DNA of 45,703 bases. Source: Opitutia bacterium (GTDB lineage: Bacteria; Verrucomicrobiota; Verrucomicrobiia; Opitutales; UBA953). The notes below the pieces were generated by a model. That model worked only from the letters and a program-made list of their open reading frames with translations. It was not told the origin of the DNA and ran no database searches. Both the position numbers and the translations under genes were made by a program. The DNA is taken from contig CANGNX010000001.1 of NCBI GenBank assembly GCA_947455415.1, positions 1 through 45,703 on the forward strand, given 5' to 3'. Positions 8,143 to 15,998 of the stretch are shown piece by piece (position 1 is the stretch's first letter; every line of letters begins with the position of its first letter).

Positions 8143-10011
8143 ATGATTTGTATTTTAGGCATCGTCTTGGCTCAAGCCACCGCCCAACTGCCCGAAACCA
8201 TCGTCGTTGAATCACGTCAGACCGCCCCGCTCGTCGAGTCCTCTCCGTCGGTCTCAAAAATCAGCATCAGCGACGCCACTGATGCCGGCTACGTGACCCT
8301 TTCGTCAGTCATCGCCACCACCCCAGGCGTATTCGCCACTGAACAATCAGGCGAAGGTTCCCAGGCCTCCCTCTTCTTTCGGGGCACCAACTCTAGTCAA
8401 TCGGTCGTCCTCCTCGATGGCCGCCGCCTGCCCGAAGGTTTCTCCGGCTCCTATGAAATCGGACGGTACCGCATCTTTGGACTCAGCTCTGTCGAAATCC
8501 TTCGCGGCCCCTCATCCTCTCTCTATGGCGCCAATGCCCTAGGCGGCGTAGTCGACCTCCGCCTCGCCGACCCCCTCACCTCCACCGAGCGCGGTACAAA
8601 AAGTATTTTTGAAGTTGGATCCTACGGCAGATACTCGCTCGCACTTTCCTACTTAACCAACAATGCCCGCGAACAAAAAGCTGCGACCTACGGCACCACA
8701 GTTTCTGTCACCAGCACTCATGACGACGGTTGGCGCGAAAATAGCCAACGCGACAATTATACCGCCCTGATTAAATCGGAGTGGAGACTCTCACCACACC
8801 TCGTCTTCGATTTACTGGGCTCCTTCGACCATGGACAGTCGGGCCTACCGGGCCAAGCCACCTCAACGCAGGCCGCTGATCCCAATGATTGGCAAAAAGA
8901 CCATGGCTGGATGCTTTCGCCAGGCCTCCGTTATCAAGATACGCAAACCAACGCCGCCCTCTTCTGGTCACACGGCGACACTACCGTTAAAAATTACGTC
9001 GATGGCTCCAACTTTTACGGAGCCTTTTTGTACTATCAAAAATTTCTCCTCAAACGCGATGAAGTCACTGCTTTTGCGGACCAAAAGTTCGGTCGTAATC
9101 TCACCCTAGGCATAGGTGCCACCTTTGAAAGCAGCTACTTCGATCAACAAGACCTTGCCGCTGGAAATTCTACCTGGACCGATACTATGGAATCGCTCGG
9201 CTTCTGGGGTCGAGCCGACTGGGCTGCGACTGCCAATGATCGCATCAAGGCTTCACTTCGTCACGATTCCTTTACCGACTTCTCTGGCAAATCAACATGG
9301 GAACTGAACTACAGCCGTAAGCTCACAAAACAATTTTACGCTCACGCCAAAGTGGCGACCTCGTACCGTGCGCCTTCGGCAAATGACCTCGCCTATGGCA
9401 CCTCCGGCGGCCTACCACTTCGCCCCGAATCCAATCGCGGCAGTGAAATCGGTCTACGCTACGAAAGCGAAAAACGTAACCGACTCAATTGGACCCTGGT
9501 GGCGTTTAAAAATGAACTGACTGACCTCATCGATTTTGATCCAGCGGATAATTACAAGAGCTTCAACATCGCTAAAGCCGAAACCCGGGGCGTAGAGCTA
9601 GGCCTCGAAAGTCAGCTAACCAAAAACCTCCGCGTCTTTGCTGCTGCTACGACACTCAAAACTGAAGCCCTATCCGACTACCTAGGCATCGTCGCCAAAG
9701 GCCAGAGCTTACTCCGCCGTCCAACCTTCACCCTCAACCTTGGCACCGAGTTCACGCCCAACGAAAACTGGACCTGGGGCATCGCTCTCAACCACATCGA
9801 GGGCCGTGAGGATTTCGACTGGGACACTGGCACCCGCGTCCCCCTTCCCAATGCCAACTTCTGGCGCACTTGGCTTCGTTACTCCTTAAACAACGGCCAA
9901 GACATTTCCCTACGCATCGAAAATTTGACCGGCGAAACCGCACCACCTTCCGCCCTCGGCTACGGTGCCCAACCTCGTTCCGCCTACCTATCGTTCACGG
10001 CAAAATTCTGA
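8143..10011 (+). CDS. TonB-dependent outer-membrane receptor, BtuB-like size and plug
   Basis: It has a TonB-box-like ETIVVES and plug motifs (LFFRGTNSSQSVVLLDGRRL, VEILRGPSSSLYGANALGGVVDL). A beta-barrel region of about 450 aa ends in a terminal aromatic residue (LSFTAKF). The signal peptide looks short (MICILGIVLAQATAQ) and there is no upstream in-frame ATG. Confidence 0.85.
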   Translation: MICILGIVLAQATAQLPETIVVESRQTAPLVESSPSVSKISISDATDAGYVTLSSVIATTPGVFATEQSGEGSQASLFFRGTNSSQSVVLLDGRRLPEGFSGSYEIGRYRIFGLSSVEILRGPSSSLYGANALGGVVDLRLADPLTSTERGTKSIFEVGSYGRYSLALSYLTNNAREQKAATYGTTVSVTSTHDDGWRENSQRDNYTALIKSEWRLSPHLVFDLLGSFDHGQSGLPGQATSTQAADPNDWQKDHGWMLSPGLRYQDTQTNAALFWSHGDTTVKNYVDGSNFYGAFLYYQKFLLKRDEVTAFADQKFGRNLTLGIGATFESSYFDQQDLAAGNSTWTDTMESLGFWGRADWAATANDRIKASLRHDSFTDFSGKSTWELNYSRKLTKQFYAHAKVATSYRAPSANDLAYGTSGGLPLRPESNRGSEIGLRYESEKRNRLNWTLVAFKNELTDLIDFDPADNYKSFNIAKAETRGVELGLESQLTKNLRVFAAATTLKTEALSDYLGIVAKGQSLLRRPTFTLNLGTEFTPNENWTWGIALNHIEGREDFDWDTGTRVPLPNANFWRTWLRYSLNNGQDISLRIENLTGETAPPSALGYGAQPRSAYLSFTAKF

Positions 10012-10066
10012 GTGTGAATTACCCTTTCTTGCCAACTCACTCAGTGGCAGATTAAAGTCCACGCTC

Positions 10067-10519
10067 ATGAGTCGGTATTACTTTGCCTACGGTTCCAACC
10101 TCGACGCGGCCCAAATGGAGCGTCGCTGCCCAGCATTACAATATCGCGGTAAAGCCCTCCTGCCCAAGCACCGTCTCGCCTTCACTCACCCCAGCGTCAC
10201 CTGGGGCGGCGGCTCGGCTGATATTCTCGAAGACGAGATCTCTCCCGGCGTCTGGGGTGCCGTCTACGAATTAAATGCCGAAGACTGGGCACGCCTTATC
10301 GCGGCCGAAGGCCCTAACTACCGCCGCACCCCTGTCACCGTCTATGAAGCGGGTGTCGAAGACTGCCCCCTGGAATGCGATGCCTTTAAGGTAATCGACG
10401 CCACCGGTCCGCACTTACCCTCCAAGCTTTATCACGAGAAAATTATCAGCGGTGCCCTGGCCCGCGGCCTGCCCGCAGGATGGATTACCTGGCTGAAAGG
10501 CCTGTCCAATAAAGGCTGA
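10067..10519 (+). CDS. Gamma-glutamylcyclotransferase-like (AIG2/GGCT family) protein
   Basis: YYFAYGSNLDAAQMERRCP is the YGSN motif at the N-terminus, and VWGAVYEL contains the likely catalytic Glu. The start was moved from 9965, which overlaps the receptor gene, to ATG 10067. Confidence 0.75.
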   Translation: MSRYYFAYGSNLDAAQMERRCPALQYRGKALLPKHRLAFTHPSVTWGGGSADILEDEISPGVWGAVYELNAEDWARLIAAEGPNYRRTPVTVYEAGVEDCPLECDAFKVIDATGPHLPSKLYHEKIISGALARGLPAGWITWLKGLSNKG

Positions 10520-10527
10520 TTTTAATG

Positions 10528-10544
10528 GGGCTTTTTGAAAGCCC
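10528..10544 (+). terminator. Hairpin after the GGCT-like gene (possible weak terminator)
   Basis: The stem gggcttt/aaagccc has 7 bp and a 3-nt loop. No U-tract follows (tatgagtt), so it is weak. Confidence 0.3.
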
Positions 10545-10626
10545 TATGAGTTAATCACATTTGGTCGGAACATTCTCGACTGGGATGTAATCTCCTTATT
10601 CTCGTCCCTACCCCTATCCTAATCCC

Positions 10627-12150
10627 ATGTCCCCTCTCCACCGTCGAACCTTTCTCAAGAACGCCGCACTTGCGACCGCCATGGCCGGCCTCAGCGCTCG
10701 TACCTTCGCTCAGTCCCAAGGTGCAAATTCAGACATCCGCGTGGCCGTCGTCGGCTTTCGCAGTCGCGGCCTCCAACACATTGAAGAACTGAAAAAGATT
10801 CCAGGTGTACGCATCGTCGCACTCTGCGATGTGGATTCCGAAGTTCTCGCCAAGGGTCTCGCCGATTGCCCCGGCGCTGTCGGCTACACCGACATGCGAA
10901 AGATGCTCGAAGATAAAAATATCGATGCCGTCTCTATCGCTTCACCTAACCACCTGCACTCCCTCCAAGGCATTTGGACTCTCCAGGCAGGCAAACACCT
11001 CTACATCGAAAAACCCCTGTCGCACAATATCTATGAAGGCCAACAACTCGTGGCGGCGGGTGCACACTTTAATAAGTTAGTCATTCAAGCGGGCACCCAA
11101 AGCCGCTCCGGCAACGGCATACGTGCTGCCGTTAAAGACGTCCACGCTGGCATGTACGGTAAAGTAAAACTCGCCCGTGCGATTTGCTACAAGCGCCGCA
11201 AATCCATCGGGCCCGCCAAGAAACGCGAGATCCCAGCGAACATCGATTATGATTTGTGGAACGGACCAGCCGACATCCAAGAATCCATTCGTGGCAACCA
11301 AACCGATAAACACGCTGAAACCACAAGCTTCGGCCCCGTACACTATGATTGGCATTGGTTCTGGAATTACGGCGGCGGCGACATGTGCAACCAAGCGGTA
11401 CACGAAGTCGATATCGCCCGTTGGTTCCTCAATACTCACGAAGTCGCGCCCGAAGTAATGTCCATCGGCGGTCGCTTGAGCTACACGGATTGCGGCGAAA
11501 CGCCCAATAGCTTCCTGGCGATTCATAATTACGCCGATGCTCCACTCATCACCGAAGTTCGTGGTCTATCCTCCAATGGCGCTTTCGACGGACCAATGGA
11601 CAAGATTCACAAACTCAGCGACTCGAGCATCGGTATCGTCGTGGAATGTGAGAACGCCACACTCATCGTGCCGGATTACTTCTCCTGCAAAGCCTTTGAT
11701 GCCACAGGAAAAGAAATTAAGGCTTACGGCAAAAAAGTCAGCCAAGTCGACATGTCTGGCGGTGCCTCTGGCCACCACGCCAACTGGATTGAATGCATTC
11801 GCGCTGGATCTAATTCCGACATTCATGCTCCGCTTCGTGAATGCCACCTGTCCACCACCCTCGTTCACGCTGCCAACATTTCCTACCGTCTCGGCGCCAA
11901 GAAGAGCGCTGGCGAAATTGCCGAATCAATTAAATCAAGCAGCGGTCTCTCCGAAGCTTTTGGTCGACTGAAGGATCACCTTGGCACCAATGGTGTTAAA
12001 CTCGACGAAGCCACTGCCACCCTCGGTCTCGCCCTCAATCAAGACCCTAAGACCGAGCTCTTCACGGGACCCAATGCCGAAGTCGCCAATCGCGACCTCT
12101 TAGCAAAACGTGAAGGCCGCGGTGCGTTTAAAATTCCTACCGGTTTCTAA
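10627..12150 (+). CDS. TAT-exported Gfo/Idh/MocA-family NAD(P)-dependent oxidoreductase
   Basis: It has a twin-arginine signal (MSPLHRRTFLKNAALATAMAGLSARTFA), a Rossmann start (IRVAVVGFRSRGLQHI) and EKP (YIEKPLSH), the family's conserved motif. The architecture is typical of PVC periplasmic sugar dehydrogenases. Confidence 0.85.
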   Translation: MSPLHRRTFLKNAALATAMAGLSARTFAQSQGANSDIRVAVVGFRSRGLQHIEELKKIPGVRIVALCDVDSEVLAKGLADCPGAVGYTDMRKMLEDKNIDAVSIASPNHLHSLQGIWTLQAGKHLYIEKPLSHNIYEGQQLVAAGAHFNKLVIQAGTQSRSGNGIRAAVKDVHAGMYGKVKLARAICYKRRKSIGPAKKREIPANIDYDLWNGPADIQESIRGNQTDKHAETTSFGPVHYDWHWFWNYGGGDMCNQAVHEVDIARWFLNTHEVAPEVMSIGGRLSYTDCGETPNSFLAIHNYADAPLITEVRGLSSNGAFDGPMDKIHKLSDSSIGIVVECENATLIVPDYFSCKAFDATGKEIKAYGKKVSQVDMSGGASGHHANWIECIRAGSNSDIHAPLRECHLSTTLVHAANISYRLGAKKSAGEIAESIKSSSGLSEAFGRLKDHLGTNGVKLDEATATLGLALNQDPKTELFTGPNAEVANRDLLAKREGRGAFKIPTGF

Positions 12151-12153
12151 ATC

Positions 12154-12918
12154 ATGAAAACGTTTCTCGCGTTCGCCCTCCTCCCCTTGGCCGCCCTCGC
12201 CGGCGACACCGCTTCCAAGGCAGCGAATGTTTCACTCGATAACACCCTAACCGACAGCGAAAAGGCTGCGGGTTGGGTGCTCTTGTTCGACGGCAAAACG
12301 AGCACAGGCTGGCGTTCCGCGAAAGGACCCGAGTTTCCGAAAGAGGGCTGGAGCATCATTGATGGCATGTTCCACACCGTTTCAACGGGTGGCAAAGAAT
12401 CCGCGGCCGCTGGCGACATCATTACCACCAACGCCTACAAACAATTCGAAGTGTCCGTTGATTTCAAACTCACCAAGGGCGCCAATAGCGGTTTGAAATA
12501 TTACGTTCAACCGCAACTCAACAAAGGGGCAGGTTCCTCTTTCGGACTCGAATTCCAGATGCTCGATGACGAAAATCACCCTGATGCCAAATTGGGTCGC
12601 GACGGCAATCGTACCATCGCTTCACTCTACGACCTCATTACGGCGAAGAATAAGAAGCCGAACCCCGTCGGCGAATGGAATACGGCTTACGTCATTACCA
12701 AGGGCTCCAAGGTTGAACACTGGCTCAACGGCACACTCGTGGTGTCGTACGATCGCTCGACCGATGAATTCCGGGCACTCGTTGCCCGAAGCAAATACGG
12801 CGATACCGCGAAATACGGCGCCCACTTTGGCGAATGGGAATCGGGCCACATCCTCCTCCAAGAACACGGCGATGAGGTTTGGTACAAAAACATTAAGCTA
12901 CACGATTTAAGCAAGTAA
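12154..12918 (+). CDS. DUF1080 (3-keto-disaccharide hydrolase-like, concanavalin-like fold) secreted protein
   Basis: It starts 3 nt after the oxidoreductase stop and has a signal peptide (MKTFLAFALLPLAALAG). GWRSAKG...GWSIIDGMFH, SGLKYYV, EFQMLDD and ILLQEHGDEVWYKNIKL match the DUF1080 pattern. Confidence 0.8.
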   Translation: MKTFLAFALLPLAALAGDTASKAANVSLDNTLTDSEKAAGWVLLFDGKTSTGWRSAKGPEFPKEGWSIIDGMFHTVSTGGKESAAAGDIITTNAYKQFEVSVDFKLTKGANSGLKYYVQPQLNKGAGSSFGLEFQMLDDENHPDAKLGRDGNRTIASLYDLITAKNKKPNPVGEWNTAYVITKGSKVEHWLNGTLVVSYDRSTDEFRALVARSKYGDTAKYGAHFGEWESGHILLQEHGDEVWYKNIKLHDLSK

Positions 12919-12943
12919 GACGGGGCCCAACTGCCCACTACCA

Positions 12944-12982
12944 GTCACGCGGTGCTTTTCAGTGCCTCGTGACTTGTGTTTT
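12944..12982 (+). terminator. Rho-independent terminator after the oxidoreductase/DUF1080 pair
   Basis: The stem gtcacgcggtgc/gtgcctcgtgac has 12 bp, with one mismatch and two G-U pairs, and the loop ttttca. It is followed by ttgtgtttt. Confidence 0.55.
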
Positions 12983-13007
12983 GGGGGGCTATCTCTATTG
13001 GTAGGCC

Positions 13008-14087
13008 ATGGCTAAAAAGTCCGCTTCCTCCCACAACTTTCCCGACTTCCTGCTCGCCCTGCTCGAAGCCAAATCCCCAACCGGTCACGAATTCGCTGCC
13101 CAAGCCGTGATTGACGAAAATGTCGAACGCTTCGCCGACCAATACCGCAAAGACACCCTCGGGAATCGGATTGCCGAACTCAAAGGTAAAGGCGGACCCA
13201 CCCTGATGTTCGCCGGTCACATCGATGAAATCGGTCTCATCATTTCACACATCGATGATAAAGGGTTTTTATATTTTGAATTTCTCGGCGGCCACGACCA
13301 CGTAATTCCTTCCGGTCGTCGCGTGCACATCCTCACTCGCAACGGACCCGTGCTAGGCGTTACGGGCAAGCGTGCCGTTCACCTACTCTCACCTGAAGAT
13401 CGCAAGCGCGTCCCCGAACGTCACGACATGTGGATCGACATCGGAGTGACCAGTCGCACCGACGCCCTGAACATCGTTCGTATCGGCGACCCTGCCGTCT
13501 ATGCCGATGGTCCCGAAATCTTACGTGGCTCCATTGGCGTGGCTCGAGCGTTCGACGACAAAGCGGGTGCCTACGTTTGCATGGAAGCCTTCCGTCGACT
13601 CTCCAAAGAGTCGAGCCTCGTGGCTCGCGTGGTTTCCGTCGCCACCACTCAAGAAGAAATCGGCACTCGTGGCGCCCAAGTCGCGGCCCAAGGCATCAAC
13701 CCCCAAGTCTCCATCACCGTCGACGTCGGACATGCCACCGATCACCCTGATGCTGACAATCGTAAGTTCGGGCGCTTCACCCTTTCTGGAGGCCCCATCA
13801 TCAGTCGCGGACCCAATATCAGCCCCATCGTCTTCGACCAAATGGTCGCTGCGGCTGAGTCCATTGGCATCCCCTACCAAATCGCCGCCGAATCGCGCCC
13901 AACCGGCACCGATGCACGTGCCATCCAGATGGCCAATGGCGGCGTCGCCTGCGGCCTTGTTTCCATCCCCCTGCGCTACATGCACACCCCTGGCGAAGTG
14001 GTCGACCTAGCTGTGGTCGAACAATGCGTTCAACTGTTGGTGGAGTTTGCCACCCAAGTTAAGAAAAACCAGAGCTACGCCTGGTAA
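13008..14087 (+). CDS. M42-family metallo-aminopeptidase (FrvX/YpdE-like)
   Basis: MFAGHIDEIGLIISHIDDKGFLYF (HxDE metal site), FDDKAG, TTQEEIGTRGA and the 359-aa length are typical of M42 glutamyl aminopeptidase-like enzymes. Confidence 0.85.
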   Translation: MAKKSASSHNFPDFLLALLEAKSPTGHEFAAQAVIDENVERFADQYRKDTLGNRIAELKGKGGPTLMFAGHIDEIGLIISHIDDKGFLYFEFLGGHDHVIPSGRRVHILTRNGPVLGVTGKRAVHLLSPEDRKRVPERHDMWIDIGVTSRTDALNIVRIGDPAVYADGPEILRGSIGVARAFDDKAGAYVCMEAFRRLSKESSLVARVVSVATTQEEIGTRGAQVAAQGINPQVSITVDVGHATDHPDADNRKFGRFTLSGGPIISRGPNISPIVFDQMVAAAESIGIPYQIAAESRPTGTDARAIQMANGGVACGLVSIPLRYMHTPGEVVDLAVVEQCVQLLVEFATQVKKNQSYAW

Positions 14088-14150
14088 GCGTCTAGCGGGA
14101 AATCTGCGTTACAGGTTTGCACGAGGTTTCAGGCCTCTCAAGGTAACCGC

Positions 14151-15584
14151 ATGGCATCCGCCCCCATCGTCGTCTGGTTTCGGCAAGACCTCCGTCTGGC
14201 CGACAACCCAGCGCTGCAAGCGGCCATCGCCGCCGGCGGCCCAGTCATTCCAGTTTATATTCATGATATTAAATCCGAAGGTCCTTGGGCCCCAGGCGGT
14301 GCCACTCGCTGGTGGCTGCACCACGCCCTCGCTGATCTGGCCGTGCAATTAACGGAAGCCGGGGCGGCCTTGATTCTTCGTCAAGGTGACAGCTTAGCTG
14401 AGCTTCAGAGTATCATCAAGGCAACCGGTGCCACCCAGGTCTTCTGGAATCGTCGCTACGAACCACTCATCGTCCAACGCGACACTCAAATTAAAACCGT
14501 TCTGCGTAACGCCGGTCTCAATGTTGAATCCTATAATGGTTCACTCTTACACGAACCGCATCGCATTAAAAACCTTTCGGGTAATCCCTTTCAAGTTTTC
14601 ACTCCCTTCTGGAAAAACTGCTTAGCCAATCTGAAATTCGGCGAACCCACGAAAGCCCCGAAAAAAATCAAAGGGCTAGCCGAGCCACTACCCAGTGCCT
14701 CGCTTGCTTCGCTCAAATTGCTCCCTGAAATTAAATGGGACACCACCATGCGCACCTTCTGGAATCCCACGCGCGCAGGGGCCGAGAAACGCTTAAAGGA
14801 TTTTATCACTGCCCCGATTAAGGATTATAATACCGCACGCGACCTACCTGACCAAGACGGCACCTCACGACTTTCGCCCTACCTACACTTTGGTCAGATT
14901 TCGCCGCTCGAAATTTATGCGGCCGCCAAAGCCTCGCCTCACGCCGAAACCAAAAGTGGCGAACGCTACATTGCTGAAATCGGCTGGCGGGAATTTGGCT
15001 ACCACCTCCTACACCACTTTAATCACACCCCCGAAAAAGCGTTACGCAAAGAGTTCGACGACTTCCCCTGGCAGCCCGACGCCAAACTAGTACGTGCCTG
15101 GCAAAAGGGTCAGACAGGCTTCCCGATTGTCGACGCCGGTATGCGACAACTCTGGCAAACGGGCTGGCAACACAATCGCGTGCGCATGATCGCCGCCTCG
15201 GTGCTCGTGAAACATTTGCTGCAACCTTGGCAAGCGGGCGCGGCCTGGTTCTGGGACACGCTCGTTGATGCCGACCTCGCCTCTAATACCCTGGGCTGGC
15301 AGTGGGCGGGCGGCTGCGGTGCCGATGCGGCTCCGTACTTCCGAGTCTTTAATCCTGTTCTCCAGGGCGAGAAATTCGACCCCGAGGGAGCCTTTGTGAG
15401 GCAGTATGTACCCGAGTTGGCCAAGATGCCTGCCGAATGGATTCACAAGCCCTGGGAGGCCCCTGCCGAAGTACTTAAGGCCGCTGGCGTGACGCTTGGA
15501 GTTAACTACCCCAAGCCTGCCATCGGACTCACCGAAGGACGCGATCGCGCCCTCGAGGCCTTCAAAAACTTACGCGGGAAATGA
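14151..15584 (+). CDS. phrB: Deoxyribodipyrimidine photolyase (class I CPD photolyase/cryptochrome family)
   Basis: The N-terminal IVWFRQDLRLADNPAL and the FAD-domain signature TGFPIVDAGMRQLWQTGWQHNRVRM...LGWQWAGG are present. Length is 477 aa. Confidence 0.9.
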   Translation: MASAPIVVWFRQDLRLADNPALQAAIAAGGPVIPVYIHDIKSEGPWAPGGATRWWLHHALADLAVQLTEAGAALILRQGDSLAELQSIIKATGATQVFWNRRYEPLIVQRDTQIKTVLRNAGLNVESYNGSLLHEPHRIKNLSGNPFQVFTPFWKNCLANLKFGEPTKAPKKIKGLAEPLPSASLASLKLLPEIKWDTTMRTFWNPTRAGAEKRLKDFITAPIKDYNTARDLPDQDGTSRLSPYLHFGQISPLEIYAAAKASPHAETKSGERYIAEIGWREFGYHLLHHFNHTPEKALRKEFDDFPWQPDAKLVRAWQKGQTGFPIVDAGMRQLWQTGWQHNRVRMIAASVLVKHLLQPWQAGAAWFWDTLVDADLASNTLGWQWAGGCGADAAPYFRVFNPVLQGEKFDPEGAFVRQYVPELAKMPAEWIHKPWEAPAEVLKAAGVTLGVNYPKPAIGLTEGRDRALEAFKNLRGK

Positions 15585-15635
15585 TGTACCGTAATGTCCT
15601 TGTCGGTTACGGGACATTACCATGGATTACGTATT

Positions 15636-15980
15636 ATGGATGAACCGACGCCGAGTACGTGCCCCGAATGCACGATGAACGAAATCATCAGTAACGCCAA
15701 ACAGTGGGAGTGTGCGACCTGCGGACATGAATGGGCCAAGATCGATTTGCCTGCCGAGTCGGATGGACCTCGCGTTGTTAAAGATGCCAATGGCACCGTT
15801 CTCGCGGACGGCGATACGGTCGTTCTCATTAAAGATTTAAAGCTTCGCGGCTCCTCCGGCATTATCAAAGGCGGCACGAAGGCGAAAAACATTCGCCTCG
15901 TTGACGGTGACCATGAAATTGACTGCAAGATCGACGGCACCCCAATCGGACTTAAGGCGCAGTTCGTGAAAAAAGCTTAA
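15636..15980 (+). CDS. phnA: PhnA/YjdM-family zinc-ribbon protein
   Basis: It has the zinc ribbon CPEC...CATCGHEW and the C-terminal domain VKDANGTVLADGDTVVLIKDLKLRGSS..IKGGTKAKNIRLVDGDHEIDCKI, characteristic of PhnA. The ATG at 15636 gives about 114 aa, like E. coli YjdM. The ORF track start is at 15594. Confidence 0.85.
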   Translation: MDEPTPSTCPECTMNEIISNAKQWECATCGHEWAKIDLPAESDGPRVVKDANGTVLADGDTVVLIKDLKLRGSSGIIKGGTKAKNIRLVDGDHEIDCKIDGTPIGLKAQFVKKA

Positions 15981-15998
15981 AGTAACTTCCGTCGGTAA

